A stretch of 63,498 bases of DNA, filler included, from Sphacelaria rigidula (Eukaryota), in NCBI GenBank assembly GCA_964200075.2. It is 9 parts of 9 records of this genome, joined end to end, with 100 filler letters (N's around TTAATTAATTAA, not from the genome) between each part and the next. Parts side by side here need not be neighbours in the genome. Positions count along the whole stretch, not along the records: positions 1 to 6,967 come from CAXNAA020017157.1; positions 7,068 to 14,034 come from CAXNAA020017158.1; 7 more parts are not named here. One strand, written 5' to 3'. Positions 1 through 11,311 of the stretch are shown in pieces; within the stretch, counting starts at the first letter, position 1, and every line of letters begins with the position of its first letter. The notes beneath the pieces are model-generated. The model was given only the letters and a program-made list of their open reading frames with translations, made no database searches and was not told where the DNA came from. Position numbers and translations under genes: made by a program.

Positions 1-9
1 TGATGAACC

Positions 10-969
10 TCATTTTATAGAATCCTCTACTGATTGGTCTTGGAGCGTGGCCTGGCAAAAAGCCGTGAATGCCTCGATGAGAGCTGCAGCTGGCGAGTGC
101 GCCGACGCCGATGAAGTGTGATGCAGAGTCTGCAGCGCAGAATGCATGGCCGCGACTGCTGGTTCGACATTGGACTGCGCATCAGGGCGCACGGGACTAC
201 CGAGAGTCGTGCAATGGGGGTCCGTAACGGAAGCAGCCCACGTGACATAGTCTCTTGCTCCAGAAGCGATACGCTTCGTCGGGACTGAGTCGTCTCGAGA
301 GTTTTCAACCGTCAAGCGATGGGGTGCCACGGTTGAAGCAACCGTTACAGGGTCCAGCTGGACACGTGTGTCCAGGGGCAACGACTCAGCTGGGGACACA
401 ATCCTAACTTGGGAGTCCACATTGGGATTCGAAAGAACAGGCCGCAGTGAGGGGGGTGCTGCGGAATCCACTGATATGGGTTCACTGACATGTCCGTCAG
501 GAGCCAATGACTCAGCCGGTGGCACAAGCCTGTTCTCTGAGGGCGAATCGGTACGTGAAAGAACAGGTCGCGGCGTCATAGTCTTGTCTTCAAGCCTCGA
601 AGAACGAGCATCGCTCGAATGTTGGTCTTCAGATCCCGAAGATCGAACAGCGCTCGCATACGTGCGTCGAAGAGTCGAAGGTGACGTGACACTCATATCA
701 AAATATTTCAAATCGCCATTGCTTTGACTCCGTGTCCGACGAAGCGATTGGTTTTCCAATTGAGGGGAAGAGCCAGCGTCAGTTTTGTGCGACATGGTAG
801 TCGTACGCAACTTGTGTGCATAAAAACGCAGAAGCAGTGAGTCTGGTCGTCGGGCTCTAATCAAAGGAGCGTGACACCAAGAAATGCTAAGTGCAACGGC
901 CGAAGCTTGTATCCGGGAAATCGGGATAATGAAGCCTAACAGCGCCTGGGGGGACCTTGGGAACCTCAT
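10..969 (-). CDS. Ser/Pro-rich ORF, probable gag-like N-terminal ORF of an LTR retrotransposon (likely start near Met at ~795; runs to contig edge)
   Basis: 319-aa open frame with an internal ~42-aa imperfect duplication (RPVLSRTDSPSENRLVPPAESLAPD / RPVLSNPNVDSQVRIVSPAESLPLD). It lies immediately downstream of an LTR-like segment. No diagnostic gag motif is visible, so the product is an inference. Confidence 0.4.
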   Translation of the reverse strand: MRFPRSPQALLGFIIPISRIQASAVALSISWCHAPLIRARRPDSLLLRFYAHKLRTTTMSHKTDAGSSPQLENQSLRRTRSQSNGDLKYFDMSVTSPSTLRRTYASAVRSSGSEDQHSSDARSSRLEDKTMTPRPVLSRTDSPSENRLVPPAESLAPDGHVSEPISVDSAAPPSLRPVLSNPNVDSQVRIVSPAESLPLDTRVQLDPVTVASTVAPHRLTVENSRDDSVPTKRIASGARDYVTWAASVTDPHCTTLGSPVRPDAQSNVEPAVAAMHSALQTLHHTSSASAHSPAAALIEAFTAFCQATLQDQSVEDSIK

Positions 970-1004
970 GAGATCGAGTATTATTATTCAAGCTAATTGC
1001 TGTA

Positions 1005-1510
1005 TGTAACAACAATGCCGGGAGTCTGGCCAATACAACTATCTAGGTTGTGGCGGTAATAGATATCAACGGAAGCTCGGGATTGCGTCGAAAATCCATT
1101 TGTCTGTAGCAGCGTGGGTACGTAGAAGTAGTACAACTCACACGTGTTCCGGTGTGGCGTCAAGGGCAGACTATAACTAACTGTATTATCCCGGCACAAG
1201 CTGAGAAACGACTGGCGGTGTTCAATGAAACTTTTAGATGAGCACTAAAAGATCGTGCGGCGTAGGGCAGCACAAAAGCTTTTACAAAGCTTGGGATGTA
1301 GACCGCAAGATTGGACTGCGTAGTGCAGGGCGAAAGCTTGTTACATAACGGAGTTGGGACAACGTAAGTATATTAAACAAAGTTGAAGTTGTGCGCAGCA
1401 GGGACAACGCTGAGAGTGGGTGACGAAAAAGGTAGTGCACAGGCAAGGGGCACTGGTTTCGAGTGCCGTCTGCCCCAAGTAAGCACGTAATGCAGGTCGG
1501 GAATGTTACA
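1005..1510 (-). mobile_element. Putative 5' LTR (506 bp)
   Basis: Bounded by perfect 7-bp inverted termini, TGTAACA (1005-1011) and TGTTACA (1504-1510), the typical TG...CA LTR ends. Upstream of the 10..969 ORF. No second LTR in this contig. Confidence 0.45.
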
Positions 1511-1673
1511 AACGAGTATTATCGCGACGAAACTGTCTCGGGACAATTAATTATCATTTGGCCGAGAGGGGGGTCAATGCGAAAAAAAACCACAATCCGT
1601 TGCGCTGTGTATTGTTGCTTACCACGATGATGTACAGCGCTGCTCTACATTTGTGCGGAGCGCACCAGAAGAA

Positions 1674-1739
1674 AACAGCAACAACAACAGCAACAGCAAC
1701 AACAACAACAACAACAACAGCAACAGCAACAGCAACAGC

Positions 1740-1802
<63 letters not shown>

Positions 1803-1830
1803 AACAACAACAACAACAACAACAACAACA
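1674..1830 (+). repeat. (AAC)n / (AACAGC)n microsatellite
   Basis: Direct reading. Flanked by two copies of an ~80-bp repeat (1521-1600, 1852-1930). Confidence 0.95.
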
Positions 1831-2476
1831 GAGTAGCTACGAGTGACGTAGATCGCGACGAAACTGTCTCGGAACAATTCATCATTATCTGGCCGAGGGG
1901 GGGTCAATGAGAAAAAACCTCACAGTCCGTCGTTATTGACCGTAAATGGTCCAAGAATCATAGTTTTCCTGCTTTAGCGCAGTGACTAGGTGCAATTTCA
2001 GAAAAACAATCCTTTTTGAGTCTTCACTTGTTTGATCCGGATCGATTTGGTCCACCGAAAACACCGAAAAGCTAGAGCATATGGTCGTATTTTCGCAGGA
2101 CCCCCTAAGATCGGTCAAGCCCGTAAGTCACTCATGATTGATAGCAGATGATTTTCTTTCAGCAGATGTCAAGAGGATATAAATATCTCCGGATGCCCAT
2201 TTTTTGGCATCCAACATCCCCTGTGATGAGCGGTGGTAAGCAAAACAAATTTGGACAATCTTTGAGAAACTAAGAAATTACGGATTATGCTTTCTTCTGA
2301 CGTTGACTACTGTACACCAGAAGAGAACAACAACAACAAAGTAGGTACGAGTGACGTGGATCGCGACGCAGCGAAAGTGCCGGAGTTACAAATCTCGTGT
2401 ACAGATGTCCGTTGTCACCTGTTTTGGGAGCACGGGTTGTGTTGCTCAGCGGCCCGTGAACAAAAGATGCAACAAA

Positions 2477-2915
2477 CACGGGATCTTACAAATTGGGGAT
2501 GGATCATTTATTGGGGATGGAAACCCGGAGGATTAAACTCTTCGTATCCGCACCAAATATTCGAAATATGGTTCCATTTCTTCATCTACTGATAGCTTTT
2601 GACACTTGCTAAACACCATAGGAATTCGGATTTCGATCACCGAAATGTTGGGGTCCTAAGTGAAAAAAAACATTTCGGAACCATGTTGGCGTCCGCTCGG
2701 ACACCCGGAAATCCACAAAACCGTTTTTTCACCTAGGATCCCAACATTTCGGTGTCCGAAATCCAAGTTTATATGGCGTGTAGCAATTGTCAATAGCTAT
2801 CAGTAGGTGAAGAAATGGAACCATATTTCGAATATTTGGTGCGGATACGAAGATTTTAATCCTCCGGGTTTCCATCCCCAATAAATGATCCATCCCCAAT
2901 TTGTAAGATCCCGCG
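2477..2915. mobile_element. Foldback/MITE, 439 bp, with ~190-bp inverted arms
   Basis: Begins CACGGGATCTTACAAATTGGGGATGGATCATTTATTGGGGATGGAAACCCGGAGG and ends with the near-perfect reverse complement ...CCATCCCCAATTTGTAAGATCCCGCG. Confidence 0.9.
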
Positions 2916-3310
2916 TTAACAGCCGTGTAATCGATACTAAGATATGAAAACGGCAAATTGCTGACTCGGCAAAGAGCTCAGATCAGGAACAGTGGCTGGC
3001 TATGAGCAACAGTGCACCCTGGGCACTGGTGTTCTGTAACAAACCTACCTGTAGTAGAAGAGTTGCATATGTCGGACGAGCACGAGAGTGACTCGTGGCA
3101 CTCGCACTCGTTGGACTGCTCGTTGGCCGTAAAAATTCATAGAGCGAGCACTCGTCATTGCTCGTTGTAGAAAAATCAATAGGGCGAGCACTCGAGCCAT
3201 TGCTCATTGTGGGAAAATATTAATGAGGCGATCACTCGAGTCTTTCCTTGTTGTTGGAAACAAAAAATAGGGCGAGCACTCGAGTCATTGCTCGTTGTGG
3301 AATAAATTAA

Positions 3311-4352
3311 CCCCTTCGGGACCGGGCCCCCAGAACGACCAATGAGGCGGGTTAGGAATGACGTGTCTGACGTCTACACGAAACGGTGGCATGTTGCTGA
3401 AAATCCGCGTATGTAACCACAGGGTTATGAAGAAGACCGAAAGTTTCATCCAATCTTTTTTCAGGTGCAGGGTGCGCATCAGGTAATGTACATATGATGT
3501 AGCAAGCAGTATGGATCGCGGTAGAGAAATTTCAACAGGATGCGGCGACCGGGGGGCGGCCCGCCACTTGTGTCCTTGGATGATAATAATGTCCCCATCA
3601 CCTTTCCACACAGCCCTCTGTGGTCAGGGTGGGCCGCAATTTCCCTCTTTGTTGTATGCAACAAATTCTCTTCAAAGGGTATTGGCGTTGCGGCGCACAT
3701 GTATACAGCACAGTACTGTACAGTACAAATGCAGTACGCCTCTCCGACTGCGGCAGCAGCAGCTGCCGCTGCATACTCCCTTGCACGTTCTGGGCAGTTC
3801 TCAGCGACGGAGATAGCTGCCTATACACAGCTTGTTCACCCCCGCCCATTACATTCAGGCTCACAGTGTTCTGCACGTCATCGGCAGAGGGATGAGTAGA
3901 ATTCATGACGGTAGCTCCTTTTGTCTTTCCACGGCCCACCTGGGTTTAGTGCCTCGTGAAAATGACCACGTTGTGGCATACACTCCTTCCCGGTTTTCCC
4001 ACTCCACCCTGTGTTGGTGCAATTACTACGTTTTAATATAGGCTGGCGACCCCAAAACACTCCGGGCAAACCCCGGGAACGCTATACTGAATGCAAGTAA
4101 TACGAGAAGGCATGCTCCGAGCACCCTGGCTTTAGAAACCTGGGAAGGCTTATCTGGGCAAGGAATAGGGCCCCCACACTATCTTTGCAGTGACATCACA
4201 CTCGGCAACAGTCCCCACGCTGGTCGTTCGAGTCTGGTCGATACATTTCGCCTCGCCGTGGTTGGGCAGGTCGCTCCCTGACTTATGTTCTACTATTTTA
4301 CGAAGGCATGGTCAACCTCGTGTTAGTGAGGGATCGGTTCAATGCAAAAGGG
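3311..4352. mobile_element. piggyBac-like non-autonomous insertion nested in the 44-bp array
   Basis: Interrupts one repeat unit at TTAA (3307-3310). Left end CCCCTTCGGGACCGG, right end ...AAAAGGG followed by a degenerate TTCG. A similar left end TTAA-CCCTTTTGGGACCGG occurs at 51646. Confidence 0.55.
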
Positions 4353-4357
4353 TTCGT

Positions 4358-5120
4358 AGGGCGAGCACTCGAGTCATTCCTCGGCGTGGAAAAAAATAAG
4401 AGGGCGAGCACTCGAGTCATTGCTCGTTGTGGAAACAACTAATAAGGCGTGCACTCGAGTCATTGCTCGTTGTGGAAACAACTAATAAGGCGTGCACTCG
4501 AGTCATTGCTCGTTGTGGAGAAATATTAAGAGGGCGAGTACTCGAGTCAGTGCTCGTTGTGGAAACAAACTAATAGGGCGAGCACTCGAGTCATTGCTCG
4601 TTGTGGAAAAAAACTAATGGGGCGAGCACTCGAGTCAGGGCTCGTTGTGGAAACAAGCGAATAGGGCGAGCACTCGAGTCAGTGCTCGTTATGGAGAAAT
4701 ATCAAAAGGGTGAGTACTCGAGTCAGCGCTCGTTGGGAAAAAAACTAATAGGGCGAGCACTCGAGTCAGTGCTCGTTGTGGAAACAAACGAATAAGGCGA
4801 GCACTCGAGCCATTGCTCGTTATGGAGAAATATCAAAAGGGTGAGTAATCGAGTCAGTGCACGTTGGGAAAAACAAAATAGGGCGAGCACTCGAGTCAGT
4901 GCTCGTTGTGGAAGTAAACTAATAGGGCGAGCACTCGAGTCAGTGCTCGTTGTGGAAGTAAACTAATAGGGCGAGCACTCGAGTCACTGCTCGTAGTGGA
5001 GAAAACTAATAGGGCGAGCACTCGAGTCATTGCTGGTTGTAAAAACAAGTAATGACTCAAGCACACGAGTCATTGCTGGTTGTAAAAACAGGTAATAACT
5101 CGAGCACACGAGTCATGCTC
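4358..5120 (+). repeat. Tandem array of ~44-bp units GGGCGAGCACTCGAGTCA(T/G)TGCTCGTTGTGG + A-rich linker (about 17 units; about 4 more at 3130-3300)
   Basis: CTCGAG recurs at 42-45 bp spacing. Each unit contains the hairpin GAGCACT-CGAGTC-AGTGCTC or a variant. Confidence 0.95.
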
Positions 5121-6507
5121 GTCATGTTTTCGAAAAACATCCACGAGTGCACTCGTTTCCACGAGTAATGACTCGTCCGACGTGTGAAGAGTTGTCCTGC
5201 CAGGTAAGAAGGGACAACAAGACCAAATACGCGAGCCAGAGATGGCTGGGCGTGTGATCGTGCTGAACTAAATCGCCAGGGGATGTTGCGGGTTGGAGGC
5301 GGGCCGTACCACAGTGCAGCGTGCAGGTGTATATGTCACAAAAAGACACAAAAACACAGCAAGGCGAGGCTGACGTGCGATACGCGTTGACACAACGTGG
5401 CACAAGATGTGCAGTCGAGCGCTGCAACAAGCAGCAAGCAGCAAGGGCTGCCAGTCACGAGTACGATGTAAGAGTGGACACACAGGGCAGAAGCTTCACA
5501 GTAGCTCAAGAACAGACTGGAGAGAAAGCCCTAAAGGGCTAGAAGCGATAGGTTTGACTACGTATTGTACCTGAACCGAACTAAACCACGAGGGGAAAAC
5601 AATGATCACAAAAGCTGCGCGTGGCAGCTCGACAAGCAGGGATGCAAATCAGTGTCAAGAAGGGAAACGCAATTGCAAAAGAAGAAGCTCCTTAGTCAAA
5701 CGCCAAATGTAATGAGGTTGTGGTGCTATTATAGCAGGCACGGCTTACAGTCCAAGCACAGGCTTGCAAGGCAAGTGGACAATAGACAGATCAGTCCGGC
5801 ACAGCTCGGCACAGTCCTCACACAGTGTGTCAGGATGAAGTCTCGCGCAGTTCTCTTCTTCTTCATTATCTTGTTTCTACCTCCCAGTATCCAATCAATC
5901 AATCCAATCTAGCGCTCAGTCAACCAGTCTCACCGATGCTTAGACTTTTTTTGCTGGAAGGGTAGAGGAGAGTAGTGAGGCAGTAGGCACTGGATCTGCT
6001 TATTATGTAGATCTAACTGTTACCATCTCTACCATATACAAGCTCATATTCGTACCCGACCAACTCTGAATAGACCTGCAGTCTTGAATACCGGAATATC
6101 CGAAATATCGATAGCCAGACTCGACAACGGGTCTGGAGCGGCATGACAACAGGCCAATATGCATCTTCATGACACGCTCTCAATCGGATATTTAGCTCTC
6201 AATCTCACGAAAACATTATTAATACGTTTTCGAGTAAAAAATGATGCCGATTCAGCATGTGACCAACCGTCGCGGACAAAGGGGTCATCAATATCATATT
6301 CATGAAATGAAAAGTCATAGCCACGGAACAACAAGTACACTTGCACAAGACGAGTCATCTGTCCGCCAAAAGCTGTGGAATGATGGCAGCCGATAAATCA
6401 AGCTTCTCAAAACATGACGAGGGGGTGGACCACCACCCGCCCAGACCACACCACACACTCGGTGACTATTTATAGTCCACCCCTCTGCACACGTGGGGGG
6501 GCTCCAC

Positions 6508-6745
6508 GACCTTGCAGGCACCTTGCGCAACCTGGCCCTGCAAGGTAGGTTATCCACCTTTGGCAAGGTGGAGGTTGCGCAAGGTACGTTGCACAAGGTC
6601 GTGGAAGGTCGTGGAAGGTCCCGTAAGGTACGTTGCACAAGGTCCTGCAAGGTATGTTGCACAAGGTCCTGTATCGTACCTTGCACAAGGTCCTGTAAGG
6701 TACCTTGCACCAGCTTGCGCGAGGTACCTTACACCAAGGTCCAGC
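6508..6745 (+). repeat. Degenerate 24-bp minisatellite (AAGGTACGTTGCACAAGGTCCTGC)
   Basis: About 5-6 direct units at 6580-6745 and inverted GACCTTGCA-type motifs on the left. Confidence 0.75.
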
Positions 6746-6900
6746 ATTTGGACAGGTGTCGAACGTGTCCAACACGTGTAGTTCAGCGATGTGAAGATTT
6801 CCACGCAGTTTATTATGTCGTGTATGCTACGTCTCCTTGCATTACGTCACCCTGCCTCGAAAAGGGCATAACACGATCAATACATATATACCTCCCCCAG

Positions 6901-6967
6901 GTGCTCCGTCTCGAAAGGGATGCGTGGTCAATGGTCAAATGACTAAGGCAAGCAACAAATGAGTACG
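6901..6967 (+). mobile_element. 67-bp copy of the poly-C-associated dispersed element
   Basis: Near-identical to reverse-strand copies at 12454-12520 and 53857-53923. Preceded by a C-run. The contig ends at the element's 3' end. Confidence 0.85.
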
Positions 6968-7067
6968 NNNNNNNNNNNNNNNNNNNNNNNNNNNNNNNNN
7001 NNNNNNNNNNNTTAATTAATTAANNNNNNNNNNNNNNNNNNNNNNNNNNNNNNNNNNNNNNNNNNNN
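6968..7067. other. Artificial contig linker (N44-TTAATTAATTAA-N44); also at 14035, 21102, 28169, 35235, 42301, 49367 and 56433
   Basis: An identical 100-nt spacer with six-frame stop codons occurs 8 times. Confidence 0.98.
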
Positions 7068-7131
7068 AAAGCACTGTTTTAGGCTTGAGCCTCATCTCGA
7101 AGTTAAACCTCAATTCTCACAATTTGTTGTT
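7068..7131. mobile_element. Terminus of an unidentified repeat element inserted into the Gypsy integrase; same terminus at 28269-28332
   Basis: GCACTGTTTT(A/G)GGCTTGAGCCTCATCTCGAAGTTAAACCTCAATTC(T/G)CACAATTTGTTGTT is shared by the starts of contigs 2 and 5, followed by unrelated flanks. Confidence 0.75.
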
Positions 7132-7955
7132 AATATGAATTTCATTCGGTGACAATCCCGTAGCGGCATTGAATGAATTGTTATAGTTCATTTGGACAGG
7201 GGCAGATGCAGATCCCAATCCATCTGTCTCTCATTTGCTACAGCAGCAAGCATCTGTGCCATCGTATGGTTCGCTCGTTCCGTTCCACCATTGGTGGGAG
7301 GGTGATATGAACTAGTAAAAATGCGATGGGCACCCTAAAGCTTACTGGCGGCGACTGAAAGTTTGCCTGAAAAATGTGGGCCGTTCTCAGACAGTAAGCA
7401 TTTGGGCACACCCCACTGTGGGATGTACATGTATACAAAAATGTTGGCGGTACCTTCCGCGTTATAGCTACTGGCAGGGACAGCGTGCATCACCGCATGT
7501 CGACTAAATCTATCCGTAAGCAACAGACTATAGTTATTATCACTATCCGTCAGGGGCAAAGGACCAAAATAGTCCCACGAAACTACTTCACCAGGCCCGT
7601 TTGGGAGTGGCATGGAAACAATCGGCCAAAGAATTGTTTGACGGGAAGGTTTTCGCGCCTGACACAAAAGACAACGCCTTACCCACCAACGTACACACTG
7701 ATCCATACGAATCCACCAATAAAAACGTTCCAATATCTGGGAGGTCCTAATTGCGCCCAAATGAGTCGATGCCTATGAATGGCATTCGTGTAGAACCCAA
7801 GGGCGCAGGAGCATCAGGACATAGATGCGGATGGGTTCATCACCTAGCAAGCGGGCATGTCGACTTGTAGGCTTCCCCCTGGGGAGGGCTGCTCTGGGCC
7901 GGAGAACTAACAGAACTATACCACCATCATCCGTATACAGCATACCTTTCCTCAA
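7132..7955 (-). pseudogene. Gypsy integrase, frameshifted and truncated by an insertion
   Basis: ORFs 7773-7955 and 7335-7760, then the YNNSFNAATGLSPNEIH motif up to ~7132. Confidence 0.88.
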
Positions 7956-8533
7956 ACTTTCACTGACTTCATCCTGTGTGACGGCTTTGAGATTCCCGAC
8001 GGGCTAAAAACATTCGGTTTCTGAGAATGGACAAGGGCAACCTTTAGATAGATAATGGATAGCTGTTTTACAAGCAGGTTCTGCCTGTTGTTCCCGGGCC
8101 CAATCGGCGTGGGAGAAGAGAGTCAAACGTTCCTTGGATACGCCATCTGTTGAAGCGTCTACTTCGCGTTGAGTCGGTTCGGGGCGGGGTTGACACGAAG
8201 CGGTGATGTCGGAATCAAGGGTGAGCCTACCAGGTGGTGTATTCTCAGACGGGACGTTAACGTCTACTCCTGCGTCGATTAGTGTGGTGGGTGTTGTGGT
8301 GGTGTTTGCAATATCATCACCACTGGAGGGGGGCACAGCCGTGGTTTCGGCTATGGTTGGCAGGGGCGGTACGTTCGGAGTCGATTTTCTGGGGGGCTTG
8401 CGTCGTGGAGGTTGAGGAGGCGCAAGGAAACTATCGGGGACCGGGGTGGGGGCAGGAAGGGGAAGACCAGGACCAGATATGGCAAATTTGGTGGCCGTTT
8501 TGGCGGTCCGCCGTCCACGAGTCCTACTCGAAA

Positions 8534-10422
8534 TCAAATCTCGAACTTGAACTGGTAAGAAGGAGTCAGCACGGAAGGTTCTACGCCTGCTGCGAAAGCC
8601 ATGCGCTGGTCAGTTGCAAGGAAATGATCATAGCCAACAGTATTCGTAGACAGTCCATTCCATACTGAGTACAACGATTGCGGTTGCGAGCTGCCCAGAA
8701 CTGATGCGTGGGCTGTGGTCGTCAGCCCACCCATGCCTAAAGCCGGCGTTTTTCTCAGTGAAAGTGGTGTGTAGAGACCTTTATATCCATTCCTGCTAAT
8801 GAAATATACAATGTCTTCGGTAGGATCGGTGATACGTGCCATGGGGGATTCATCGATAGGTTGAGCCGGTGTGGGCAAGCGTGACAGAAAGTCGGCGTGT
8901 GCATTTTGCGGGCCTGTGCGATATTTCAACTGGAAGTTGTAAGACGACAGGATTTCGAACCGGCGTTGTACCCTAGTGTTGTGTTCCGCCATTTTGGCAA
9001 GGCTTTCCAAAGACTTCTGATTGGTATAAATCACAAACGGGGTGTCATAAAAATACTGACGCAGACGTCGTATGCCCCAAACAACTGCGCCAGCCTCCTC
9101 TTCCATGACAGATCAACTTTGTTATTTGGAAAAGTGGTCCGACTTAGATATATAATAGGACGAACAGTAGCATTGCCTTGCTCCTGTTCTAATGTGCAGT
9201 CAAACCCAATTTTGGAAGAATCTGTGTGAAGACGGAAAGGGCGGGAACCTTGCTCCGCTGCCGACCAGTCGGGGAAGACGATAATCGGCGGGCGCGAAAG
9301 GGTGTCAAGAAGACGGCGGACGATTTTTTCCGTTTCCGATGTGAACACAAATTTCACCCCTTTTTTGAGGAGGGTGGTGAGGGGTTTTAGCGTTTGGGCA
9401 AGGTTTGGCAAGTACTGTCTGTAGTAGCTTAGACCTCCCAACAAGGAATGCAGTTGAGAAATGTCTCGTGGCATGGGCATATCGGCGCGTGCGGCGACCT
9501 TGTTGAGGTTTCGGCTACGACCTTCAGGGGTGATGCAATGACCCAAGAACTCAATCTTCGTGGCGCCAATGCAAGATTTGGAGGGGGCGAGTTTCAAGTT
9601 GTGTTGTTCAAACCGATTAAGAAATGATGCCAACTGTTCGACGTGTTCGACCGGTGTGCAATCGTGGCACACCACATCATCAAGGTACATATGGCATTTG
9701 GGCAATCCATCAGTCACATGGGTCATTGAACGTTGAAACACACCTGGAGCTCCGGCGGCACCTTGTGGTCTAACCAGTCATTCGTACAAACCTGATGGCG
9801 TGCAAAACGCTGTCAGTTCAATGGAATTCGGATCCATCACGAGTTGGTGGTAGCCGGACTGCATGTCAAAGTTCGAAAATACCTTACTCCCGCCAGGAGA
9901 GTCAAAAGTTTAATCAATCCGTGGAAGTGGCAGCCTGGCGGTTTTGGTGACAGCGTTCAATCGTTGATAATTGACCGTCAGTCTTATTTTGCCATTCTTC
10001 TTACGGACGACTACTAGAGGCGAGGCGCACGGAGACGTCGAGTGCCGAATCAAACCGGCGGATAAGTAACTATCGAGAATTACCTGGATCTTATCCGCTA
10101 AGAGGGAGTTCGGACGGTACGGACGCATACCGATAGGCGGAGTGTCATCAGGGATTTTGATCTTGAACGGTGTCGTCGTACATCGACCTAAATCCAAGGG
10201 TGCAGAAGAAAGCCGTTGAGAATATCCAATCAAGATGGATCTCAATCTATCGATTACAGTGGGTGTCCAACTATCGCCGAATAAATCAAAAACAATATGC
10301 CGCAAATGATGGGGGATGCCATCCCACAACGTTTGAAAACTGGCGCGTTGTTCTGAAGAAAACCTGTCCTGAGTCGCTGTCACTTGGGGTTCCATTCCAA
10401 CCCGTTGAGCGACGGAAAGCAT
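8534..10422 (-). pseudogene. Gypsy pol RT-RNase H region, frameshifted
   Basis: Split across ORFs 9910-10422, 9031-9741 and 8534-9106. Confidence 0.9.
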
Positions 10423-11311
10423 GGGTTATTTGCCGTTGCGACCCTTCAAGGAATAATTACGCTCATCAAACAAAATGGAACCGGGTACCGTAGTTTGTTC
10501 GGAACTAGGTAGGGTGGTACGCTGGGCACTTGAGCAGCTGGGGGGTGCTTGAGTGTGTGACATTGAATGTGGTATTTTCCGATGAACGGTCGAAGAGGTA
10601 GCGTCTACCGTACCAGAAGATATTTCGGCTCCGGATGCCTTAGAAACTGCCCTACATTACTTCATTTCCCCCGAAGAGAAGGGATTCGATTGAATATGAT
10701 TAGTACCTGGTGGATGTAAAACGGGGTGATCAAATACAGGATTAAAACGTTGGGTTCGGTCACTGCTCAATTGATAGCCATGCAATGGTGCACGAGCTTG
10801 GAGTGTCTTGGAACCCTCCAAGGCAATGTCAGCATATCCAGGGAGCCCACACCACATGGTTGAACCCGCCGTGGCCACCGTTGATTCACGTGCGTGATGT
10901 GTGTGACCTGGCTGAGCGAAAGAAAATCGTTGGAAATAAAAATGTTGGGTACTTCTGCGGTGAGGTACCGGTGATTGTCTATTTCTGATTGTGGGATTGT
11001 ACCAACAATGAGAAATGAACGGTCATCAGAAGTAGAAAATGAACCGGCGAATGGCGGCGCTTAGGTTGTGGGCTAAGCAACGCGCTCTGGGTTACTGCAC
11101 TGTATGCTATTTGGAATCTCCGTAACTTGTAGACCGTTCCCAAAAACGTTGTCAAGTTGTGAGGTGAGCATCAGTGTAATGTGGGTACCGTCCTGGCGGG
11201 GTTCAGCCGCAGCACTAGTTATCTCATGAGTAAACGTCTACCGTTTTGTGAGTGGGCCGGTGCATGTGGTTGAAAGTGTGCCAGGTCAGGTGGGTCAAGC
11301 CGTGGACAACT

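Larger units (their letters stand above)
3066..5186. mobile_element. Non-autonomous hAT-type DNA transposon filled with a ~44-bp palindromic tandem array
   Basis: 15-bp imperfect TIRs CATATGTCGGACGAG / CTCGTCCGACGTGTG. Perfect 8-bp TSD AAGAGTTG (3058-3065, 5187-5194). CA...TG ends plus an 8-bp TSD are hAT hallmarks. Confidence 0.85.

Noticed and set aside
1554..1910. Poly-V/L/T/N ORFs; likewise 15746-16474, 36917-37491 and 39768-40150
   Set aside because: Translations of microsatellites. Only the embedded ISWI exons and the 16324 candidate exon are retained.
4358..5120. CRISPR array (palindromic repeat plus short variable part)
   Set aside because: The 'spacers' are only 13-15 nt, A-rich and mutually similar. 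There are no cas genes, and the array sits within hAT TIRs and TSD in eukaryotic DNA.
7012..7023. TTAATTAATTAA as a biological motif or piggyBac site
   Set aside because: It is part of the artificial linker.
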